DNA from: an uncultured Clostridia bacterium
Lineage (GTDB): Bacteria; Bacillota; Clostridia; Christensenellales; Aristaeellaceae
Assembly: GCA_934631985.1 (NCBI GenBank)
Contig: CAKTYE010000001.1
Span: 7,250 to 71,249 of the forward strand
Direction of reading: 5' to 3'
DNA length: 64,000 bases
Made by a program: the position numbers and the translations under genes. Positions within the stretch are counted from its first letter, which is position 1; every line of letters begins with the position of its first letter. Positions 1-7,157 of this stretch are shown here, in pieces. The notes under the pieces were generated by a model. That model saw only the letters and a program-made list of their open reading frames with translations. It ran no database searches and was not told the origin of the DNA.

Positions 1-2
1 AC

Positions 3-473
3 CGTGTGCTGAAGCCGGGCGGCGTGTGCCTTTGCCTTTCCGCAAGGAAGGGGCTACAGTGTACCGCACCGTGCCTGGAGCCGACTGCGGAGGAAACGGC
101 TTTCTGGGAAAACTGTCCTCCTACTGGGGATGTGCTTGCGCAATACGGCGTTGGGAAATTCTGGATGTCCGAAGCACAGCTTCCCGCGTCCATGGCGGAA
201 AACGGCTTTGCCGATGTAACGACAGGCTACGCGCTGATCGACCTTACACCGGATGCGACTCAATACCCTGCACAGATGGCAGAGTGCATGATCGAAGCCC
301 TGCGGCAAGCTGATCTGGAGGCGCTTCGTTCCATACACACGCCTCATGCAGACAAGGCTATTGCTGCCGTGAACGCCAAGTATGACGAACGTCTTCGCCT
401 GTACCGCGCGGGGATCAAGCAATGGGATACGTCCGTTTCCGTGACGCTTATCGTCCGGGGCGAAAAGCAATAA
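3..473 (+). CDS. Class I SAM-dependent methyltransferase, C-terminal part (5' end lies upstream of the window)
   Basis: The frame is open from the window edge. The first residues, RVLKPGGV, match the LKPGG motif of Rossmann-fold SAM methyltransferases. Stop at 471-473. Confidence 0.6.
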   Translation, partial: RVLKPGGVCLCLSARKGLQCTAPCLEPTAEETAFWENCPPTGDVLAQYGVGKFWMSEAQLPASMAENGFADVTTGYALIDLTPDATQYPAQMAECMIEALRQADLEALRSIHTPHADKAIAAVNAKYDERLRLYRAGIKQWDTSVSVTLIVRGEKQ

Positions 474-502
474 CAGCTGCAAGCTAGTAACAGGAGGATA
501 CC

Positions 503-1135
503 ATGGCATTTGATTTCAAGAAGGAATACAAGGAATTTTACCTGCCGAAGCGCACACCTGAAATTGTAACCGTTCCCAAGGCCAACTACATCGCCGTGCA
601 GGGAAAGGGTGACCCGAACGAAGCGGGCGGCGCTTACCAGCAGGCCATCAGCGTGCTGTACGCCGTGGCCTATACCCTGAAAATGAGCTACAAGACTGAT
701 TACGCCATCGCAGGCTTCTTTGAATACGTTGTTCCGCCGCTGGAAGGCTTCTGGTGGCAGGAGGGCATAACTGGCGTGGACTATGCCGACAAGTCCTCCT
801 TCAACTGGCGATCTGTTCTGCGCCTGCCGGACTTTATCACAAAGGATGACTTTGATTGGGCCGTTGCTGCTGCCACCCAGAAGAAGAAGCTGGACTGCTC
901 TGCGGCGGCGTTTTTGAAGATAGACGAGGGCCTGTGCGTACAGATCATGCACCTTGGTCCCTATGATGACGAACCTGCAACCATCGCCCTGATGGACGAT
1001 TATGTGGCACAGCATGGCTATGTGAACGATATGTGTGACGGCAGACTGCATCATGAAATTTATCTGTCCGATCCGCGAAAGACGGCTCCCGAGAAGTGGA
1101 AAACCGTTCTTCGGCATCCTATCAGGAAAGCATAA
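503..1135 (+). CDS. GyrI-like small-molecule-binding domain protein
   Basis: 210 aa. AGGAGGA RBS lies 6 nt upstream of the ATG. The N-terminus MAFDFKKEYKEFYLPK..P.IV.VP..NYIAV.G.GDPN is typical of the GyrI-like/SOUL-type effector-binding family. Confidence 0.75.
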   Translation: MAFDFKKEYKEFYLPKRTPEIVTVPKANYIAVQGKGDPNEAGGAYQQAISVLYAVAYTLKMSYKTDYAIAGFFEYVVPPLEGFWWQEGITGVDYADKSSFNWRSVLRLPDFITKDDFDWAVAAATQKKKLDCSAAAFLKIDEGLCVQIMHLGPYDDEPATIALMDDYVAQHGYVNDMCDGRLHHEIYLSDPRKTAPEKWKTVLRHPIRKA

Positions 1136-1156
1136 GAACTCGAAGAATTGCAAAAA

Positions 1157-1205
1157 ACAGCGCTGTGAGGTACATGCTTTTTGTTCCTTCACAGCGTTGT
1201 TTCGT
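1157..1205. terminator. Imperfect hairpin between convergent genes (candidate bidirectional terminator)
   Basis: ACAGCGCTGTGAGG (1157-1170) pairs imperfectly with CCTTCACAGCGTTGT (1186-1200). An A-run lies before it and a T-rich stretch after it. Confidence 0.45.
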
Positions 1206-1252
1206 TGTTTATTTCGGTTTTCTTATCAGAGGCAGCAAAATTGCGGCTTTGC

Positions 1253-2596
1253 TTATTTTCCCGACACCGTCAGCTCGCCCACATCCAGCGAGGGCGCACC
1301 CACGCCGCTGCCGGGGAAGACCAGGTCGCTGCCCACCGCGCGGATGTTCTTCAGTAGCTCATAGAAATTCCCGGCAATGGTGATCTGCTCCACGGGGCGC
1401 ACACGTTTGCCGCCCTCCAGCAGATAGCCCTTGCTCAGCAGGGAGAAGTCGCCGCTGGTGACGTTCGCACCCGCATGCAGGCCGTCCAGCTGCGTGATGA
1501 CCAGACCATCGCCCAGCTCGCTTTCCAGCGCAGCCAGGTTCTTGTCTCCGGGCTGGAAGAAGAAGTTGCTGGGCGCGACCGTCACAGGCGCGGACAGGCC
1601 GGGACGCACCGCATTGCCGGTGGAGGTCACACCCTGCTTCTTTGCCGTCTTGCGGTTGTGCAGCAGCGTCTTCAGCACGCCGTTTTCTACCACGGCCTTG
1701 GTGTAGGTGGCAACGCCCTCGCCGTCAAAGGGCGTGGAGGCAAAGCCGCCCTCCCGCAGCGGATCGTCCATCAGCGTCACGCAGTCTGCTGTGATCTTCT
1801 CGCCCTCGCGGCCCTTCAGCAGGGACATCCCCTGCTGTGCATTCTCCGCAGAGAAAATGCCGCAGAACGTCCGCAGTAAGCTCTGGGCTGCGTCGTGCCG
1901 CAGAATGATGCGATAGGTTCCCGCAGGCACAGGCGCACCGTGCAGGCTGACAGCCGCCTCATGCGCGGCCTCCTCGCCGATGGCCTTCACATCCAGTGCT
2001 GCGAAATTCCGTCCGCTGCGCAGGGCAAAGGAGGTGGCAGCGCTGTCGCCTTCCTTGGCGATGGCGCCGACATAGGAAATATAAGCGTTCTCCTTGTGAT
2101 GCAGGTTCATGCCATAGCTGTTGCGCAGATAGCGCTCATCCGCCATGGTGGTGAGCGTCGCACCCTCGCACTGGGTCACAGTCTTTTCGCAGGACAGCGC
2201 CGCCTTTTCCAACGCCAGCGTCGCGTCCAGCTTGGCCTGAGCGGTGACCTCCTCCAGCGAGGGGTCATAGCTGTTGACCGTGGGATAGCTTGCATCCCCG
2301 GCATAAATTTCCTCGCTGACCTCATCCTCGCGCAGCAGCGCACCCTCCTGCACGCCGGCGATCAGCTGATGGATGGCGTCCTCGTCAAACGCCTGGGTGG
2401 AGGCATAGCCCATCCGGCCCCGATAAATGCCGCGCAGGCCCATGCCCTGATGGTCGCTGACCTCATAGCTGTCAATGCTGCCGTTCATCACCTCGGCGCT
2501 GAAGCTGCTGCCCGCGCTGTAGAAGACCTCGGCGGGATCGATGCCCTGCGCCTTGGCTTCTGCCAGCAGGCGATCCATAAATTGCTGCTTGTCCAT
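1253..2596 (-). CDS. pmbA: TldD/PmbA-family metalloprotease, PmbA (TldE) subunit
   Basis: 447 aa with family-typical sequence (GMGLRGIY.GR.GYAST, C-terminal GAPS..VG.LTVSG). AGGAGGAATAAGCG precedes the ATG, and the gene starts 4 nt after the tldD stop. Confidence 0.9.
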   Translation of the reverse strand: MDKQQFMDRLLAEAKAQGIDPAEVFYSAGSSFSAEVMNGSIDSYEVSDHQGMGLRGIYRGRMGYASTQAFDEDAIHQLIAGVQEGALLREDEVSEEIYAGDASYPTVNSYDPSLEEVTAQAKLDATLALEKAALSCEKTVTQCEGATLTTMADERYLRNSYGMNLHHKENAYISYVGAIAKEGDSAATSFALRSGRNFAALDVKAIGEEAAHEAAVSLHGAPVPAGTYRIILRHDAAQSLLRTFCGIFSAENAQQGMSLLKGREGEKITADCVTLMDDPLREGGFASTPFDGEGVATYTKAVVENGVLKTLLHNRKTAKKQGVTSTGNAVRPGLSAPVTVAPSNFFFQPGDKNLAALESELGDGLVITQLDGLHAGANVTSGDFSLLSKGYLLEGGKRVRPVEQITIAGNFYELLKNIRAVGSDLVFPGSGVGAPSLDVGELTVSGK

Positions 2597-2599
2597 CGC

Positions 2600-3994
2600 T
2601 TATTCCTCCTTCCGTCCGCCAACCGTCAGGGCGCTGATGCGGATCCTCGGCTGACCCACGTTGGTGGGAATGCTGCCGGAGGCGCTGCCGCACATGCCCT
2701 GTCCCATGGTCATATGCGGGCCTACCCGGTCGATCTTCTGCAGCACCTCGCTGCCGCGTCCGATCAGGGATGCGCCGCGCACGGGATGCGCGATCTTGCC
2801 ATCCTTTACCAGATAGCCCTCCATGACGGAGAAGTTGAACTCGCCCGTGGCGGGGTTCACCGAGCCGCCGCCCATGCGCCGCGCATAAAGGCCATCGCCC
2901 ATGGTGGCGATCATTTCTTCCTCGTCGTCATGACCTGCGGCGATATAGGTGTTGCGCATGCGGCTGGTGGGCGCCCAGGCGTAGCTCTGCCGACGGCTGC
3001 TGCCCGTGGGCGCCATGTGCATGCGGCGACCGCCCAGCTTGTCGATCATGTAATTCTTCAGGATGCCGTTTTCGATCAGCACCAGCTTGGTGGTCGGCGT
3101 ACCCTCGTCGTCCACATGCAGGGAACCCCACTCGTTTTCGATGGTGCCGTCGTCCAAAGCGGTGACGCAGGGCGCAGCGATCTGCTGACCCAGCTTGTTG
3201 GAAAATTCGCTGATGCCATAGGCGACACTGGTGGCCTCCAGGCTGTGTCCGCAGGATTCATGAAACAGCACGCCGCCAAAGCCGCCGTCGATGACCACGG
3301 GCATATACCCGGCGGGGCAGGCGGGGGCATGGAGCATGGTGCGCGCCGTTTCCGCCGCAGTGCGTCCGGCCTTCTCCGGGTCCACACGCTGGTCGAACAA
3401 CTCAAAGCCCATGGACGCGCCGGGGCCGTCAAAGCCAGTCTGATTTTCCGTGCCGTTGGAGGCAATGGCCTGTACGCCCAGGCGGGTATACACGCGGGTG
3501 TCCGCGACGGCTACGCCCTCGGTGTTGAAGATCCACACATTCTGCACACTGTCGGTGAAATAAGCCATCACCTGCGCGATCTCGGGGGAAACGCTGCGGG
3601 CGGCAGCGTCCGCGGCGCGGAGCTTCTCCGCCTTCAGCGCGGCCTTCACATCCCCGGGCCACAGACGAATGGTCTCGGGACGCGCGGCGCTGCGCAGGCC
3701 CAGCGCGGGGATCACTGCCGGGGCGTTCGCCGCGTGGATGGCGGCAGCCGCCGTATCCGCGCACTTCAGCAGCCCTTCCCGGCTGGTGTCGTTGGTGTGA
3801 ACGTAAATAGCGCGGGTGCCGTCAAACACGCGCACGCCCGCGCCGTGAAGCCGCCCGGTGGAAACTGCGTCAATTTTGCTGCTGCGCATTTGCAGCCGGT
3901 GATCCACCCGATCCTCCAGAAAAATCTCCGCAAAGTCGCCGCCCGTCGCAACAGCGTGGGCCAGCACCTCGCGGGCCAATGCTTCCTGAATCAT
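2600..3994 (-). CDS. tldD: TldD metalloprotease
   Basis: 464 aa. Contains the HExxxH zinc motif as HESCGHSLE and the conserved GVRV..G....YVHTND region. GGAGGAGAAAGAAGG RBS. Confidence 0.9.
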   Translation of the reverse strand: MIQEALAREVLAHAVATGGDFAEIFLEDRVDHRLQMRSSKIDAVSTGRLHGAGVRVFDGTRAIYVHTNDTSREGLLKCADTAAAAIHAANAPAVIPALGLRSAARPETIRLWPGDVKAALKAEKLRAADAAARSVSPEIAQVMAYFTDSVQNVWIFNTEGVAVADTRVYTRLGVQAIASNGTENQTGFDGPGASMGFELFDQRVDPEKAGRTAAETARTMLHAPACPAGYMPVVIDGGFGGVLFHESCGHSLEATSVAYGISEFSNKLGQQIAAPCVTALDDGTIENEWGSLHVDDEGTPTTKLVLIENGILKNYMIDKLGGRRMHMAPTGSSRRQSYAWAPTSRMRNTYIAAGHDDEEEMIATMGDGLYARRMGGGSVNPATGEFNFSVMEGYLVKDGKIAHPVRGASLIGRGSEVLQKIDRVGPHMTMGQGMCGSASGSIPTNVGQPRIRISALTVGGRKEE

Positions 3995-4105
3995 GGACTG
4001 CCTTCTTTCTCCTCCGCATGGCTGCGGAAGCTCAACTGTCGGTTTGTCTTCTCTATTATGGCACAGCTTGCAGGAAAAGGCAAGGGACGCGCTTCCATTG
4101 CGTCC

Positions 4106-4462
4106 TCAGCCCTTCTGCTCCGCCGCGAGCCATTGCTCCCACACCTCGGGGCAATAGCCCACCGTCACCCGGTTTCCGCTGCGCACAATGGGACTGCGCA
4201 GCAGCCACGGCGTTTCCACAATCGCGTCCAGCAGCATGCCGTCCTGATTGTAGTAGCAGGCGGGATGCTCCTTGACCTTCTTGTCTTCCCGGTCGATCAG
4301 GTTCTGCGCACCGAGGGCCCGGGCAAAGGTCTCCACCTCCCGGCGGCCCAGCTTGTGCTTTTTCATGTCCATCAGCTGCACGGAAATGCGCCGCTCCTTG
4401 AAAAAGCGCTCCGCCTTCTGCTGATCGAAATTCTTCTTCACCGCGTAGATCTGAATACTCAT
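4106..4462 (-). CDS. ArsC/Spx-family protein lacking the N-terminal CxxC
   Basis: 118 aa starting MSIQIYAVKKNFDQQKAERFF, where the usual Cys positions are replaced. Has the ArsC-family C-terminus (LLRSPIV). Its ATG overlaps the upstream stop as ATGA, and an AGGAGGAAAG RBS is present. Confidence 0.7.
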   Translation of the reverse strand: MSIQIYAVKKNFDQQKAERFFKERRISVQLMDMKKHKLGRREVETFARALGAQNLIDREDKKVKEHPACYYNQDGMLLDAIVETPWLLRSPIVRSGNRVTVGYCPEVWEQWLAAEQKG

Positions 4463-5430
4463 GCTTTCCTCCTGCGAATGTCGTCGCCCAGGAATTGCAG
4501 GGGCGTACATTGACGGGGATCCATCAGCCGGGACACAATGCGCTCGGTGTAGCGGGCCTGCAATTCCCCAGGGGTCAGGTTGGTGCTGATGACCGTACCG
4601 CGTCCTGCCGTCTGCCGCTCATTAATGAGGTTGAACAGCTGCACAATGGTGATGTTCTCCATCAGCGGCTCGCTGCCCAGATCGTCCAGCATCAGCACGT
4701 CCGTCTCCATCAGTGTATCCAGTTCGCCCGTGCCGCCCGAAAAATATGCCTTGCGGGCAATGTCCAGAAAGCGGTAGGCGCTGATCATCAGCACGTTCAG
4801 CCCACGGTCCAGCAGACACTTCGCCATGGCGTGCATCAGAAAGGTCTTGCCCAGGCCGCTTTGACCCATCAGCAGCAGGTCGGGCGTTGCCGAGGCGGGG
4901 TATTTGTCCGCATAGTCCTTGCATACATCCCGCAGCATCGCCATGCACTGCCGCTGACTGATGGGCTGATGGGGCAGCGGTGCGTCCGAGAAAAGCGTCT
5001 CGTCATAGTTTTCAAAGGACTGCTCGCCCTTTTCGGAAAGCCCTACCCGGCGGTACAGCCGCGCATAATAGCGGCTTTTCATGCAGTCGCACATTTCCCG
5101 CACGGTGTCGCCCACATAGCCCGTATCCTTACAGCGCTTGCAGCGATACACCGGGTCCAGATAATCCGGCGCGAAGCCCTTTTCCTGCAAAAGCCGCGCG
5201 ATCTGCTGGGTCAGCACGTCCATCTGCTGGGGCAGATTCTCCGCCGTGGACTGCCCCGCCAGCACGCTGCGCACCCCGCTGAAGATCAGCCGCTGCCGCT
5301 CCTCCAGCAGCGCGGCGATCTCCGGACAGGCCGCAGAGACCTCCCGGCGGCGGCGTTCCTCCTCCATCGCGTCCGCCGCGCGAAGCTGCTCATATTCCGT
5401 CATCAGCTCCCGCAAAATCGCGTTACGCAT
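4459..5430 (-). CDS. DnaC/DnaI-like AAA+ helicase-loader ATPase
   Basis: 323 aa. Walker A is GQSGLGKTFL and Walker B is VLMLDDLG. A Cys-rich motif (CKRCKDTGYVG..CDC) lies upstream of the AAA+ core. The start overlaps the dnaD-like stop by 8 nt. Confidence 0.85.
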   Translation of the reverse strand: MRNAILRELMTEYEQLRAADAMEEERRRREVSAACPEIAALLEERQRLIFSGVRSVLAGQSTAENLPQQMDVLTQQIARLLQEKGFAPDYLDPVYRCKRCKDTGYVGDTVREMCDCMKSRYYARLYRRVGLSEKGEQSFENYDETLFSDAPLPHQPISQRQCMAMLRDVCKDYADKYPASATPDLLLMGQSGLGKTFLMHAMAKCLLDRGLNVLMISAYRFLDIARKAYFSGGTGELDTLMETDVLMLDDLGSEPLMENITIVQLFNLINERQTAGRGTVISTNLTPGELQARYTERIVSRLMDPRQCTPLQFLGDDIRRRKA

Positions 5431-6940
5431 CGCCCTTCATCTCCTTGATCCGCTGCTGCATCCAGGCAGGCAGCTCGCCCGTGTCCTCATAGGCTCGCTG
5501 GGTATACTGCTGCTCCCGCACCACCTTGCCGGGCTTGCGCGGCGCGGCACCTTGAGGTACAGTCGTCTGCGCGGCAGCGTTTTTCTCTGCGAAGGCTGCA
5601 CGGGCCGCCTCCACCTGATCGGGGGTCGTGACGCCCTGCGCGTGATACGCTCCCAGCAGCTTATCCAGATAGGGCATGGGCTTCTCTGCCTCCCGGGCAT
5701 AGGCCGCGCAGAAAAGGATCATTTCCTCGTTGTAGCCCCATTCCTCCTGCCAGCGGGTCAGCAGCGCCCGGTCGCCCGCCGAGGGCCGCACGTTGCGTCC
5801 CCACAGGTCATACAGCGCGCCCAGGAAGCTGTTCTGCTTCTCCACCTGATCCAGGCTGGTCTGCACCTGCGCCGAGGTCTGGAAGCCCTTTTTCTGCCAC
5901 ACCTTCAGCGTGGTCAGCACATCGGCAAGGTCGCCGCCCACCTTGGCGCAGGCGCGTCCTGCCATCAGGATGATGTCGTCGGGATACAGCTCCCGCATCT
6001 GCCGATAGGTGTCCAGCGTTCCCTCATTGATGGTCACGCCCTGAAGGTTCATCACCCGCAGCAGCGCCTTCAGCGGGGCATACTGCTCCCGCTCGCCCTG
6101 CCGCAGCTTTTCCACCTGTGTCGCCGAGGTCATGGCCCCGCCGGCCCGCTCCCGCATGCCCTTCAAAATGCCGTCCAGATATTTCATGGTCGGCTCGCCG
6201 TTGACCGTCTCCGCGCAGGCCGCTTCAATAGCATCTGGCGTGTAGCCCCATTCCTTCACCCACTTGGTGTACAGCGCCCGCTCGTCCTCGCTGGGGGTGC
6301 GCCGGCGGCCCAGGCGGCGAAGCACGCGCTTCAGGCCCTCCTCCAGTCGCTTATCCCGGCTGAGCAGCTCCTCAGCCTCCTCAATGGTCTGCACATGGGC
6401 CTCTGCCAGCTCCACCGCCTTTTTCTGGGCCGTGGCAAAGTTGAAGTGCTTGCCATGGTTGGCGATCATGTAGTTGATGAGCATCAGGACGACCTCCTGC
6501 GGCAGTCCCAGATCCTCCACCCACTCATAGGCCAGCGTGGTTTCGCCGCCGTGCAGCCTGCGATCCTCGCCAAAGGCGGCATACAGGCTTTCCGCGAAGT
6601 CCTCATAGGCCAGGTCGCGCGGCGCTGCCTCCCGGGTAAGAAACTGCTGATACACGTTCACATACTGATACTGCGGGGGATTATCGCTGACCCGGCGCAC
6701 CAGTCCACGGCGCTCCCAGTGTCGATACGCCGCCAGCACGTCCTCCATGGAAATGTTCAGGTCGTGGCTGACCTGCTCCAGCGTCATGTCCCCGGTGGGA
6801 TGATAGCATTGCATCAGCCCATACAGATAGACCTTGACAAATTCGCCCCGCGCCGTCGGCATATATTCCAGAATGAACTGGTTCGTCACCGGCGTCGCGT
6901 CAAACATGGCATATTGCCCGTCAAACCCAAACAGGGGCAA
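5423..6940 (-). CDS. DnaD-domain replication initiation/membrane attachment protein
   Basis: 505 aa. The N-terminus (F.DATPV.NQFILEYMP.A.GEFVKVYLYG) is typical of the DnaD/DnaB_2 family, and the W..WGY segments repeat. The start is TTG at 6940 with AAAGGA 7 nt upstream, so the start is less certain than the gene call. Confidence 0.8.
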   Translation of the reverse strand: MPLFGFDGQYAMFDATPVTNQFILEYMPTARGEFVKVYLYGLMQCYHPTGDMTLEQVSHDLNISMEDVLAAYRHWERRGLVRRVSDNPPQYQYVNVYQQFLTREAAPRDLAYEDFAESLYAAFGEDRRLHGGETTLAYEWVEDLGLPQEVVLMLINYMIANHGKHFNFATAQKKAVELAEAHVQTIEEAEELLSRDKRLEEGLKRVLRRLGRRRTPSEDERALYTKWVKEWGYTPDAIEAACAETVNGEPTMKYLDGILKGMRERAGGAMTSATQVEKLRQGEREQYAPLKALLRVMNLQGVTINEGTLDTYRQMRELYPDDIILMAGRACAKVGGDLADVLTTLKVWQKKGFQTSAQVQTSLDQVEKQNSFLGALYDLWGRNVRPSAGDRALLTRWQEEWGYNEEMILFCAAYAREAEKPMPYLDKLLGAYHAQGVTTPDQVEAARAAFAEKNAAAQTTVPQGAAPRKPGKVVREQQYTQRAYEDTGELPAWMQQRIKEMKGDA

Positions 6941-7036
6941 GAAATCACATCCTTTGGTATAAACGGTGAAAGGGGGAAGAAGAAGGTTTGTTTCGATGAA
7001 GGGATTCAGTGCCGCAGCGGGGGAGTATATCCTCCT

Positions 7037-7148
7037 GCCGCCCTCGGGGCGGCTGTCCTCCCTCTGCGGAGGGAGGCTTTTGGCGGAGTATCCCTATGTT
7101 ATGTGCTGCCAAGTCACTCCCTTTGGGAAATGCTTGGCAGCACATAAT
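7037..7148 (-). other. Three consecutive perfect hairpins in the TPR-gene/dnaD intergenic region (function unknown)
   Basis: Hairpin 1 is 7101-7113/7133-7145: 13-bp perfect stem, extendable to 15 bp, with a 19-nt loop. Hairpin 2 is 7057-7064/7069-7076: 8-bp stem with a 4-nt loop. Hairpin 3 is 7037-7043/7047-7053: 7-bp stem with a 3-nt loop. None is followed by a U-run. Confidence 0.5.
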
Positions 7149-7157
7149 CTATTTTCT

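Noticed and set aside
1895-4513. 872-aa plus-strand ORF spanning the pmbA/tldD/ArsC region
   Set aside because: It lies antisense to three genes with strong family signatures. Its translation is low-complexity and rich in Arg, Ala, Gly, His and Leu, which is typical of shadow ORFs in high-GC DNA. It has no RBS.
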